A stretch of 60,654 bases of DNA, counting the filler, from Dugesia japonica (Eukaryota): the NCBI GenBank assembly GCA_001938525.1. It is 6 parts of 6 records of this genome, joined end to end, with 100 filler letters (N's around TTAATTAATTAA, not from the genome) between each part and the next. Parts side by side here need not be neighbours in the genome. Positions count along the whole stretch, not along the records: positions 8,951 to 18,817 come from MQRL01626063.1; positions 18,918 to 31,388 come from MQRL01646935.1; 4 more parts are not named here. One strand, 5' to 3'. The stretch's first letter is position 1. Every line of letters starts with the position of its first letter. Positions 13,951-25,370 of this stretch are shown here, piece after piece. Below the pieces are notes generated by a model. The model saw only the letters and a list, made by a program, of their open reading frames with translations, made no database searches and was not told where the DNA came from. Made by a program: the position numbers and the translations under genes.

Positions 13951-16900
13951 GTGTGGGATGATCTATATGGAGCCTTTACAATTGGGAATCGCGCCATTAA
14001 TCAAAACATGGCTGGAACATTGCTTACCAGAATTTCTTGATGGTGAACAAAGAACTACTGTTGAAGTAAGATATACAATTAGATATTGTAGAAAATTTAT
14101 ATTGGTTCATATTCAGCTATTGTTTGAATGGTTAGTACCACCTTCACTTGATTTTATTGGTAGAAAATGTAAATCATATGTAAAATGTGGACCATTACAA
14201 TTGGTGGCAAATATGTTACAACTTTATTCGAGTTTACTGGATGATGTGAGGTTAGAATTTTGAATTAAGATACGTATTTTGAGAGGTTTCATTATGGACT
14301 GATGAAAACATTTTAAATGTAGCGAGATTTGGCTTAACAGATCGAAATTCCTTTGCATATTTTTAGAAATTTAAGTAACCTTGTTTCCATATGATTGTTG
14401 ATCTAGTAAAGTTTTAGCTGAGTTTGAGTAATGAAAAAAGAACTGAAAGTTATTTTAAACTAAAAGCTGATGTAGAAAGTGAATGTTGTTTATAACTTCT
14501 CGTAATGATAAATTTGCTCTTCTCTTGGTGTACCTTTAAATTTAAGTTCTCTGAGCAGTTTTCTTAAGCCTGCTCTACTTTAGCCCAATNCTGGGTATTT
14601 GAATCCCCCAAGTCCTGATCGCGACCCAAAATCAGAATGATTCTAGTTGTCGATTGTCTATAACATGGGTAGAAAAAAATTTATACGAAGGGCCATATTG
14701 AAAACTTTATTGTTTTCGCGGNNNNNNNNNNNNNNNNNNNNNNNNNNNNNNNNNNNNNNNNNNNNNNNNNNATTTTGTCTACTTCATTTAAAATTTACAA
14801 CGTATGAAAATATGAATTAATGACACCCATGTATTTATCATTTTATTCCATATTCACTCTGTAATATAGAATATGCATATATGATTTTACTATACAAATA
14901 TAAATAGGTTTCCATTTGATAATAAGTTTTTTCTATTCATAATTATTTCAACTAACGTTCATTGTTACCTTTATTGTCAATCTCCTGAAGAACTAAATAG
15001 AATTGAATATCAAAAAATATCAATTTAATCATAATGAAGTCTTCGTTTTGTTCTATTACTTGTTGCCAACGGGAAACCAATGTTTTAATTCCGCTTTTGT
15101 TAAGGTATTCTTTTTAGAATAGAAATAAAATGTGACGAGAGCTTCGGAAACATCGTCGTGGTACCTAAAAATAACCCTTGGTGAGAGGGTAGAAAAATTA
15201 AAAACCCCTAGATAAAACATATTTGATCATATGAAAGCATTTTGAAAATGAAACCTTGAAAGGAAATGGGTACCTCTATTCATTTTAAATTAATAAAATC
15301 CAATGATTATCCACCTGTAATTTGTTGTCATTTTCAACACGACAAAACCCATTTCTTAAGTATATNNNNNNNNNNNNNNNNNNNNNNNNNNNNNNNNNNN
15401 NNNNNNNNNNNNNNNNNNNNNNNNNNNNNNNNNNNNNNNNNNNNNNNNNNNNNNNNNNNNNAAAACAAACATTTACAGAAAAAAGGTATTGGTTAGCGTT
15501 TGGTAGAATGTATGTGCAATCAATATACAAACTATTGACACCTGGTAAAAATATAACATAAGACTTCTACTGCAAACAGTTGGCCCAATAAAAGAATTGC
15601 TCCAATCAAAGATCTATTGAGTTGAATCAATCAAGAAGTCATCATTTCCCTGAAGAAGACTATTGTCGAAAATTTGAATTTCTTTACAAATAAATTGTAT
15701 TTTTGATCGAGGCCTTTTCTTTATTTTAATGAAATGCTCCAATCAGACCCGTGTCACTCTTTCTGCACCTAAGAAAGTAACCTCTTTATTTGCACTATTA
15801 TTTTTTTACTATTATTACTAATATTTTTCACCGTTATTATTCACTATTGTTTGCACAACACAATCTTTCATCACTCATTTGTAAATGTAGTTCTCGTAAT
15901 TTATTAAAACAACTTAAATTTCTGTTTTCTGTTCCGCTTCAACTGCTCAAACCCATTCTATCATCCGAAAAAGTTTCCCTCTTTAAGAATCTGTTTACTT
16001 TTTCTGTAATTTTCGCGATATCATCCCACTTTTCGACCCCTTGAGGATAATCAATCATTTCATTTAACAATAGAATGCCCAAACCAACTCCTCTACTGCC
16101 GGAGCCCTGCCTTTTGGATACTGCTTTTTGGAATCACTTTCATATACTTTCTCATACCCATCGTTTGTATTGATGGCTTCATCTGCAATCGCATATATTA
16201 AATTATATCGATTTCCTGGTCTTCCGGGAGTTACAAATTTCTCAGTGGTTCTTTCCATTTTCAAATTTGTATAGAATTCTTTTGCTCGACGTCCACCATT
16301 TCAAAATCGTTTACACCACACTTCTTGACATAACCTTCTAATATGGCCAATCTTTCCACAACCAAAGCATTTTGTTTGTTTTTATCTGTGTTAGGTGAGT
16401 TTGGAAAACTCATCGTATCATTAACATCAGAATTCAACTCCATAAATTTATTAAAATAAAAACTATAACAACACTAATTGTATTTTTAAACAAATTAAAT
16501 TTCTGTTTTAAATGGGTGATCGTTTCTTAAGATTTTTTAAAATCTATTTTAAATCATTTGATTTTTTAAATCAGATTTTTAAATCAGATTTTAAAATAAA
16601 TTTTCAATTTATTTATTAAAATTTAATTTCAGAATTTAAACCCATTACTTATTAGTCATTTAATTTTTCATTTCAATTTAAATCATTTTCAAAAAAGATT
16701 TCAAGAAAAACGATCACCAACCACACAACAATTTCAACTCGTTTAAAACATATTCACAATCTGAACAATCTTGATTTACATGTCATTTTTTTATAACAAG
16801 TCCAACACTGTACCACTTTTTTCGTCGGATCTATTGAATATATCTAAATATCTATTTAATTATTATTGGTGATAAAATAAATCTTTGTACTTAGATCTTT

Positions 16901-18805
16901 TAATTTTCATTTATTAAAAAACGGGCATTTCTTTTCCTACAGTTTAATGATATTTACGGAATTTTAAAATTTGATATTATATCTTTCAAAACCAAAGTAC
17001 AGATTACACAATTTTAACTGAATGAAAATAGAATTCTCAATTACTTTCTATTCTTTCTTGATTCTTTCATACATCAAGTCAGATTCTGTCTTTAATTTGT
17101 TTATTACACGATTAATATTATCAGATTAATGGTACTTTTACACTTGATTTTACCTAATAACTTAATCATTCAGTCTTAATGTAGTAATTTAAAATTATTG
17201 AAAACAGAAAATTAAAAACTAAAGATATTCATAGAAATATTGTTAATAATAGTGATTGTAAGATAGATTTTAAAAGCAGATTTAAATTTTTTGTATTTTA
17301 AAGTTGAATTTATTGAAATCAGTTTTGTTAAATATTTAAATTTTTATCATAAAAATATTTTATAAAATAAATAAATTATCATTTTCATTATTTAAAAAAA
17401 ATAAATACATGTGTATTAAAATTTTCAAATTTCTGTTTGTCAATAAAATATTTTTTTAATGTATTTTTAATATTTTACATTATTACAATTTTAGATAAAA
17501 TAAAATATATATAAAATTTTAAATAAAATAGACTATACAATATTGTCAATGAAATGTTTTTTACAGTATTTTTAAATTTAACATTAATAAAATTTTAAAT
17601 AAAATAAAATAAATAACATTTTAAATTAAATAGAGAATAAAATATTGTCAATGAAATTTGTTTTTTACTGTATTTTTAAATTTGACATTACTAAAATTTT
17701 TAATTAAATATTTTACAAAATACTAATATTTGATATTTTCCGTTTTGAAAATAAATTTTTAAATTTTTTTGAAAAAAAACAAATTTATATNTATAGTTTT
17801 GCATTGTGAATAAATCTTTTATGGAAATGAGTTTTGACATTAATGATCCGATGAGTATTTCAAACTCATCTAAAAGTGATTATTAATATTTTATTTTCGG
17901 ATTTTAAACAAAGTATGATTTGGAAAATTCTTTTCGTTGCTTAAATATTTGATTTATTTTCGGTAGTAAAATCATACTCCTATTTATCTGTGCAGTCCAA
18001 CTGGACATTCACTCGGGAGTATTGCAATTCCATGAGAAATTATTAATAAATTATTGTTATTTAATGATTATATCCGTTTTAGAAACTGTAGATTAAACAT
18101 TTAATGAAATCTGTTTTATCTATGCTTATTCCTTTTGAGTTTTAAAAATGAGATCAATTACACTAGATAGAATTATAATGGTAAATATCCAAATATTTTT
18201 AATTCAATGTTATTGATATTCAAAAGATTAAAATCAAAAATAAATTCATTTATTGTTGTTAATTTTATTTTCTTTTAAATATTAATAGTTAAAAATATTA
18301 AACCCATTTGTTAAAATGAAATAAACTTTATTTCCTTTAGAAATGTTGGTAAGAAGTCTGATGACATTGATGATGAAGACATTGAAGAATTGGGTGGCGA
18401 AGACGAGGAGGCAATATTGAAGAAAATTACCGCTGAAAATGAAACTCTTAAAGAAGAAAGAACTAATTTCTTAGTCGCTCACTTTTTTCTCAGTTTAGTT
18501 TGGTCCTTCGGAGCTATATTAGACAAAGATTCAAAATTGAAATTTGATGATTTTTTTCGAACATTATGTGAAATGACAGATTCACCAAATCAAAAATATC
18601 CTCGGTTGGATTTTTATGAAAATAGATTTAATAAATTAATTTAATTTTAAGTCCGAAAAATTTAAAATGTGCCAGAAACCTGATGATTCCTAAGAAAGGA
18701 ACGATATTTGATCACGTTTTCATGAAAAAACAATTCGGTTGTTGGACTTCCTGGCAAGCCATGATTGAAAAACCAGATTTAGATGAATTAACAAAAACAA
18801 TAGAG
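13951..18805 (+). CDS. Axonemal dynein heavy chain, partial; exons 13951-14065, 14117-14250, 18341-18604, 18652-18805
   Basis: CGMIYMEPLQLG (end of AAA2), LFEWLVPPSLDF, FFLSLVWSFGA, IPKKGTIFDHVF; GT-AG boundaries at each exon. DNAH3/7/12-like, paralog not determined. Confidence 0.9.
15600..16260 (-). mobile_element. Gypsy gag/pro fragment related to the 260-4025 element, inside a dynein intron
   Basis: YEKVYESDSKKQYPKGRAPAVEE versus YEEVYESDSERQYPKGESPPVEE; downstream DNA similarity continues; another small piece at ~16795-16830. Confidence 0.8.
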
Positions 18806-18817
18806 GTAGCTTATTTT

Positions 18818-18917
18818 NNNNNNNNNNNNNNNNNNNNNNNNNNNNNNNNNNNNNNNNNNNNTTAATTAATTAANNNNNNNNNNNNNNNNNNNNNNNNNNN
18901 NNNNNNNNNNNNNNNNN
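18818..18917. other. Artificial contig spacer
   Basis: N44-TTAATTAATTAA-N44. Confidence 0.97.
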
Positions 18918-19566
18918 ATTATATTTACCCTTTAACATTCTAATATAAGCGGTATTAGGTGGGTGTTTAATACCAAATTCTTTGAAATATATATGAAGAT
19001 TCTCTTCTGCTGGATTATCATTTTCAGTTATAGTTCCACAAAGTAATTTCATTAATTCTTCATTAACAGGAGTAAGTTTATCTAATGTTGTATTGTATTT
19101 GTTCTATTTCAATAAAATATATTTTATTGTTACTAATTTGATAACCTTGATAGTTAAAATCATTAATCTTTTCATCAATAATTGTTGGTGTTGTTGTTGG
19201 AGTTAAAGCCGCAGAGTTTATTTTAATTTTATCTAGCCACATTTTAGTTGGTTTTTTATCATAAAATTCTGGATTTTCAACTTCNNNNNNNNNNNNNNNN
19301 NNNNNNNNNNCTTGTGGTTTTATTTCTGGTGTAGATGTTATTGTTGTTGTTTGAGGAACTAATGGTTGTGGTTGTGATTGTTGTACAGTTTGTTGTAAAG
19401 CAGAAATTAATGGTTGTTGTTGAAATGCGAATGATGATTGTAAATTTTTTGATTGAAGAACATTGCTTGTAAAATAAACATTATATATTTCTGCCGCTAG
19501 TATTATTTTTAAATCTTTAATTCTTTTATTTATTTCGCCTTTATCTCCAAATTTTAGCCCCGCCAT
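18918..19566 (-). CDS. Uncharacterised viral protein with Gln/Thr/Pro-rich linker; probable frameshift near 19075, runs off contig
   Basis: ORFs 19078-19566 and 18918-19052 join by homology to the relic at 4154-5020; ATG lies 1 nt after the previous stop. Confidence 0.65.
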
Positions 19567-19567
19567 T

Positions 19568-20026
19568 TTAATAAGGATTTAAGTATATTCCATCGCCTTC
19601 ATCATCATCATCATCTTCATAATATTTCCTATATGGTCTTAAATATATTCCCCCTCTTTTTTTAAATTTTTTAGAAGGTTTTAAATTTTGATTTTTTAAA
19701 TATTTATAAATTGCTTCCCCTTGTTTTTCAGTTATGGTTTCTACAGGAACGTCTCGTTCTAATTTTTCAATTTCAAGTTTCTTTTTATATGCTTCTCGCG
19801 AATTTGAAACGGTGGATGCCACTGCACTTGCTGCACCTGCTATACCGGCAATTATCGCGGGTAAGAAAAAAAGCCCACCATGTTTTTTCTGATGTTTTTT
19901 TATTTCTTCTTTTGCTTTTTTCCCAATCCAATAATTTTTACCTTCAATTTTAACTAATCGGCTAAGATTTGAATTTATTAATTTTTTTAATTCTTCTGTG
20001 ATATTTGTCTTCAGTTTGTTTGTCAT
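19568..20026 (-). CDS. Putative virion core/membrane-active protein (adenovirus pX/pVI-like role inferred)
   Basis: Basic run then KHGG-LFFLPAIIAGIAGAASAVASTV hydrophobic helix; repeated RGGIYLRPY / GDGIYLNPY motifs of the kind seen in Polinton-group virion proteins. Confidence 0.65.
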   Translation of the reverse strand: MTNKLKTNITEELKKLINSNLSRLVKIEGKNYWIGKKAKEEIKKHQKKHGGLFFLPAIIAGIAGAASAVASTVSNSREAYKKKLEIEKLERDVPVETITEKQGEAIYKYLKNQNLKPSKKFKKRGGIYLRPYRKYYEDDDDDEGDGIYLNPY

Positions 20027-20027
20027 T

Positions 20028-20784
20028 TTATTTAGCAAAAATATTTGTCGTTATTTGATTTTTTAATTGGTTTAAATAAAAATATGTATATGGAGTTTTC
20101 CAGTGCAAATTTACATTATGATCATATTCATCTTTATTACCAAATACATTTGAAAACAAATCACAATAAACACTATCACGATCTCTTTTATTTAATCTAA
20201 AAAATATAAAACAGTTGCTGTTATTTCTTATTGAATTTTTATCAAGGTGAATATATGTTTGTGAAATATAAATTACATTACAGTTAGAATGTCTGCCTCT
20301 GGTAAAATAACTTTTTTGTACTTCTTGATTTTTTTCATTTACAACATCATCAAAAATTACAAGATTTTTTTTCTTTTCTAATTGATCACATCGAGTAATC
20401 TCTAATGCTTCTGCATTTAATTCAACTTCAATTGTTCGAAGTTTTATTGTTACTAATTTCTTACAAACGAAAAAATCTATAACCTCTGTTGGGGTGTCAC
20501 AATAATTAGGGACTATGTGTTGTTTATTAAACATAAGTATAATTTCTTGTTTAGTTAACCCATTTAAAAATCCATGATATAATAATTGTACTTCAAATTG
20601 ATTATTGTAGTTGAATAAAATAAAAGATTATCATAATCAAGAAAACCTGGTATAAGTAACATTTGTGTCAAGAGAACATTTTTCCCACAGCCAGAAGATC
20701 CTTTTATTAACAATCTAAAATTACTAGGGAAAAGTTTTTTTTTTTAAAAATTGTCTTGTCTTTTCTCCAAACCAAATTTACCAT
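20028..20784 (-). CDS. A32/FtsK-HerA family DNA packaging ATPase (two frameshifts)
   Basis: Walker A GSSGCGK at ~20682-20702, upstream of the called ORF; Walker B NLVIFDD; A32-type RGRHSNCNVIYISQ and IRNN. Frameshifts in an A11 run (~20740) and near 20600. Confidence 0.9.
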
Positions 20785-20791
20785 CTTTTAT

Positions 20792-22028
20792 TTATAAAGA
20801 AGTTTTTTGTAACTCTGCTTCATAAAATCTTTCAAGAACTTTTATACCATTAGAATTTACAATCTTATAAGTTCTTGGAATTGTTAAATAAAATTTTTTC
20901 TTTGTATAAATTTCTTCGGTCCATTTAAATCTATATGCTTTTCCTAAAATATTTTTTTGAGTTGTAAATATTCTAACTCTATCTCCTATTTTAAATTTAT
21001 GTTTAAAATTTTGAGATCTCTCATCTTTAACTTCCTCATAGTAAACATTGCCTGTTACATAAGCTTCTGCTGGAGTTGTCTTTATTGAAGAATGAACTTT
21101 GTTGTTGTATTCATTTATAAATTTATCTAATAATTCTTGTGTAATTTCTTGATTCCCAACGGCAGTAAAATGTTTAAAAAGTTTGTTTTTAAGTGTGCGA
21201 TTAAATCTTTCAATAACAACTGCCTTTCCATAATTAAAATTAGAATACATGCTAATGTTATTTTTCTACACCATGTGCCAAATGTTAAATTATAAAATTC
21301 CTTTCCTCGATCTACCCATAAATGTTTTGGAACTCGATTATTATTATTTTTTAAAATATTTTTAACTGCTATTTTAATTGTTTTACGTGTTTTATTTTCA
21401 CAAAGTTTGGCAAAGGCAAATCTTGTATAAATATCAATCACAGTTAATATTACTTTTTTATTATGACATGTTAAATCTGCAGACCAAGTTTCATCAGGTT
21501 CACTTACTGTTACTTTTAAAAATTGTTTTAGTTTTTTATAAATTTTATGTAATTCTTTTGCGTCTATTTCTCCTCTTACTCCCTGACCAATTAATAATTT
21601 TGCCTTCATTGCGATTTTTACAAGAGTGCCTTGATGTTTTTCTTCTGGTGTAGGATCTGGTATATCATTAATATCATGAATTAAATTTACATCTGAATTA
21701 TGTCGATCTCTCATGTCTTCTGAATGATAAGCAATATCATGTTTCAGTGCTGCTGCATCAATTCTATTAATTGGTTCTTCTCCTGGTAATGGTTGTTGGT
21801 TTTTATCAAGTCTTAAATCTAATCTAGTTCCTGGTCCTGTATAATTATGGTGAAGCAAATGTCGCTCGCCTAGATATTTTTCCCTTGTAAAAGGTTTTAA
21901 AACACTGCTAATAAAAGATGAAGATTAAAGATCGCCTCCGCCCTTACAAAGTTTTTCATGCCTGGCTTTATTTTTTTTAACAAAGTTCTATGACATTTTT
22001 CACATGAGAATTTTGTTGACTTGGTCAT
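20792..22028 (-). CDS. Fusion: C2HC Zn-finger-like N-terminus + parvovirus-type phospholipase A2 + retroviral-like (rve) integrase
   Basis: HNYTGPGT and DAAALKHDIAY (PLA2 Ca-loop and HD motif) share one open frame (21127-21858) with WSADL, VIDIYTRFAFA and LWVDRGKEF. One missing A at ~21262 links to IERFNRTLK and FKIGDRVRI (20792-21250). Upstream CEKC-x11-H-x3-C is recovered with one extra A (~21975) and one stop (~21925). Confidence 0.88.
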
Positions 22029-22032
22029 TTTT

Positions 22033-23286
22033 TTAACGAGGAAATTCAACACCTTTAACATTTTCAATCATTGCAATTTTATTGTTTGCTAATTTCATTT
22101 CTATATGTTTTTCTTCAAGAATACACCAGTAAAGAGCTGCAGTAAATTCTGGATCTTTTGTAATGTGAAGTGTTACTTCAACATTGTTAATATTTAATCT
22201 ATCATCTTGCGCTGTCAAGTCAAAACAGAAAATAGGATATTTTTCACCAAATTCTAAAAGTGATAATTGTGGTTCTATAAAGAAGTCTTGACAACATTTT
22301 AAATAATTAAAATAGGGAGAAACCATTTCATTATTTTTCATATTAAATTTACATTCATTAATTGGATAGTAATTATTGTTTAATTGTATTTGTACGCTTT
22401 TTAAATATTGATCATCGGTTGTATCTTTTCCATCTACTTTTATTGTTTTTGATTTCTTTTGTATAAATAAATTATCATTTACAAAAGAATTGGTTTCATT
22501 TTTCATGGCAATAAAAATATATCTTGGTTTGTATGCTAGCATACTTAATTTTAAAGAAGTATAATTTCCTGTATTTAATATTGCTTTACCAGTTATTCGA
22601 TTTAAAAATGCAACTTTAATTGGTTTGTCAGTTGAAATTCTTTCTAAAAGCAATAATTCCATTTTTGGTGCCAATTTACATTCTGGAATATGTAATTCTA
22701 AAGTCATTAATTTTACATTTGGTGTTCCTTCTCCTTTAAATAAAATTTTATTATTAATTTGTCTATAACAATTTAATTCAATCATTGTATTGTAAAGCAC
22801 NNGATTAAAATTCTGCATAAATCCAAATAAATTTCTCAATGGACAATAACCCTCAAATTTATTAAGTTTGTATAATTTTTTTCTTCGCTCTTCATCTATA
22901 ACCCATCCTGATAATTCTCCATATATTTTTTTATGAGTATAACTTGTTGTAATAAAATTTAACATTGTAGATATTGTCCCAGGATAATTAATAGTTTCTA
23001 CATCAGATGCTCCAAGTTTTAATCTCATAAATTTAAATAAAGATGGGGAAAAATTGTTTTCTAGGATTGCTGTTTTAGTGGCTTCATTTTCTATTTCAAT
23101 TTTAAAGTATAACATTGCATTACAGATGTCTAATGAATTTGTTGACTGCAAAGATTGAAAAGTTATCTCCCCATCTTTAATTAAATTTGTAATTGTACTA
23201 GATGATGGTGAAATTTTTAAAATATCATTTTTTAACATTTCATGAGTAAACATAATATTATTATCTAAATTTATTTTTGTCTCCAT
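22033..23286 (-). CDS. Major capsid protein, double-jelly-roll (Polinton/adintovirus hexon-like)
   Basis: ~417 aa open frame with LENNF.PSLF..MRL.L, PLRNLFGF, PRYIFIA, LNNNYYP, YPIFCFDLT motifs; sits next to ATPase and integrase. Confidence 0.82.
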   Translation of the reverse strand: METKINLDNNIMFTHEMLKNDILKISPSSSTITNLIKDGEITFQSLQSTNSLDICNAMLYFKIEIENEATKTAILENNFSPSLFKFMRLKLGASDVETINYPGTISTMLNFITTSYTHKKIYGELSGWVIDEERRKKLYKLNKFEGYCPLRNLFGFMQNFNXVLYNTMIELNCYRQINNKILFKGEGTPNVKLMTLELHIPECKLAPKMELLLLERISTDKPIKVAFLNRITGKAILNTGNYTSLKLSMLAYKPRYIFIAMKNETNSFVNDNLFIQKKSKTIKVDGKDTTDDQYLKSVQIQLNNNYYPINECKFNMKNNEMVSPYFNYLKCCQDFFIEPQLSLLEFGEKYPIFCFDLTAQDDRLNINNVEVTLHITKDPEFTAALYWCILEEKHIEMKLANNKIAMIENVKGVEFPR

Positions 23287-23303
23287 TTTCAATAGTAATT
23301 TTT

Positions 23304-24243
23304 TTAAGTGTATATTTTTTTATAATTTATCATATCGGATGGTTTTTGACTTCTTCTTTTACTTTTTCTTTTTCCATCACCATCACGATTATAATTGCCA
23401 TTGCCATTATCTTTACAATTGCCATCGCTATTACGGTTGGCCCTACTATTGTCTTTACGGTTGTCCCTACCATTATCATTACTATTGTCATTTCCATTAC
23501 CATTTCCATTACTATTGCTATTATAATAATTTTTTTTACTATGGTGTTTTTTTTCAACCCTATCTTCTAGTGAAATATATCTCCCATTATAATCTGTTTC
23601 CATTAAAGTTTTTGTTGTTCTTTTATTATAAGGAATGTTAAATTTCATTATATATGTTTTTATTGTTTTTTCATTAAATGAATTAATTTTACAAAAATCT
23701 TTTATTGAATTTTTTTTAAATTATAATTTTTCATCATTGTGAGTAAAATAGAATCAAGCAATTTTTATAATAATTTTTTTAGCTGTTGCTCTAGTTATGC
23801 TTGTACATGTTGGAGGAACTTTCACTCGTTTAGATTTTTCTGTAATTTTTTCTTTCCCTTCTAAGTTGTCATAAAATTTTATAATCTCTTTGTGAAAGTT
23901 GTTTTCTACCTTCTTTTAATGTAAATGTAAAACATAAGTCTTTATAAGTAATTATTGTTGGTTTTATTTTTTTAGAATTAACTAACAAATTCATACACTC
24001 ATTTTCTATGTTTTGATAAATAAAAAAAGATATTATAAATTTATACATCTCCCTGTCTTTTTCTTTTATTTTATTTTCTTCTGCCATTTTATTTATTTCA
24101 TAAAGGGTAATTAAGTTTTCTTTTACTGTATCTTTTGTTAATTTTTTTTTAAAATATTCTTTAATTTTTTTATCATATACTTTATTGTCATTTAAATATT
24201 CAATTATATTATAAATTACATCTATCCCAATTTCTTCTTCCAT
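23304..24243 (-). CDS. Uncharacterised protein(s), probably one frameshifted gene with an HTH-like segment and Asn/Gly/Asp repeat tail
   Basis: ORFs 23869-24243 and 23304-23648; the latter frame extends upstream as SIKDFCKINSFNEKTIKTYIMKFNI; NGNGND-type repeats. Confidence 0.45.
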
Positions 24244-24254
24244 TTTCTATAGAG

Positions 24255-24721
24255 TTAAATCATGATTTTTTTTACACAGTCTATTGGTTTTCTAAATTTT
24301 CTAATTCTTGGATTTGTATCTAAACCAAACTGTTTATAACAAACCTTTTGGGGTTTTAATTCTTCATTTAATTTTTTTAATGCTGCATTGTGCTCATCTC
24401 GTTTCTTTTGGTGATTTTTTTTCATCTCCTCTTTTTCATCCTCAGATTGAAAGTATAACTCTCCCTTGCACTCTGCATCTGTTGCTACCGCAGTAAAATA
24501 TTCTATTAATTTTCCATAGTGTTTCTTTTCTGTTTCATCGAAATCTACTGTTTCAAATTTTTTTTTTTAAAATTATAATCTTCTAAATTTTCATCCACTA
24601 TGTGCGCTAGTGATTTATTTTTTTTATAATCTTTACTTTCTTCTAAAGTAGGCAGTTCTTTACCTATTATTTTATTAAATGCTATTAAAGCTAATTCTAA
24701 ACCTAGTCCTATTTTTACCAT
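24255..24721 (-). CDS. Uncharacterised first ORF of the viral element (frameshift in A-run ~24560)
   Basis: ATG at 24721 directly after the repeat array: MVKIGLGLELALIAF...; resumes FETVDFDETEKKHYGKLIEYF after a homopolymer shift. Absent from the ORF track. Confidence 0.5.
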
Positions 24722-24744
24722 TATTTTCTTAAGGAAAAATTTGT

Positions 24745-25370
24745 GATTTTTTTTTTATGTTAAATATTTTATCTCACATTTTCTGTTACATTTTCTATCA
24801 GGGAATTTTCTATGTTAAATATTTTATCTCACATTTTTCATGTTAAATATTTTATCTCACATTTTTNNNNNNNNNNNNNNNNNNNNNNNNNNNNNNNNNN
24901 NNNNNNNNNNNNNNNNNNNNNNNNNNNNNNNNNNNNNNNNNNNACATTTTTCATGTTAAATATTTTATCTCACATTTTTTCATCTCATATTTCCTATCTC
25001 ACATTTTTTATCTTACATTTTGTGTCTCACATTTTTCATTTTAAATATTTCATCTCACATTTTTCATCTTACATTTTCTATCTCACATTTTTCATCTTAC
25101 ATTTTGTGTCTCACATTTTTCATCTTACATTTTTCATGTTAAATATTTTATCTCACCTTTTTCATGTTACATTTCCTGTCTCACATTTTCTATCAAGGAA
25201 TTTTCTATTTTACATTTTTCATGTTACATTTTTTCATCTCACATTTTCTATCTCACATTTTNNNNNNNNNNNNNNNNNNNNNNNNNNNNNNNNNNNNNNN
25301 NNNNNNNNNNNNNNNNNNNNNNNNNNNNNNNNNNNNNNNNNNNNNNATTTTTCATAGGAAATTTTCATTT
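24745..25370. repeat. Degenerate tandem array of ~13-27 bp units (TCTCACATTTT / ATGTTAAATATTTTA)
   Basis: Motif repeated more than 20 times, with internal N gaps. Confidence 0.9.

Noticed and set aside
14296-14335. CTGATGA motif as a hammerhead
   Set aside because: No GAAA at the correct position (GAGA) and no convincing stems.
20730-21980. Programmed frameshifting at A-runs in the viral genes
   Set aside because: Shifts fall inside essential domains and lack clear stimulatory structures; slippage or sequencing error is simpler.
23277-23641. Hydrophobic or His/Tyr-rich ORFs overlapping the Asn-Gly repeat
   Set aside because: Shadow frames of a low-complexity codon repeat.
24745-25370. Telomeric repeat or real ORFs (24812-25357, 25164-25373)
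   Set aside because: Not a TTAGGG/TTAGG-type motif; the ORFs are low-complexity read-through across N gaps.
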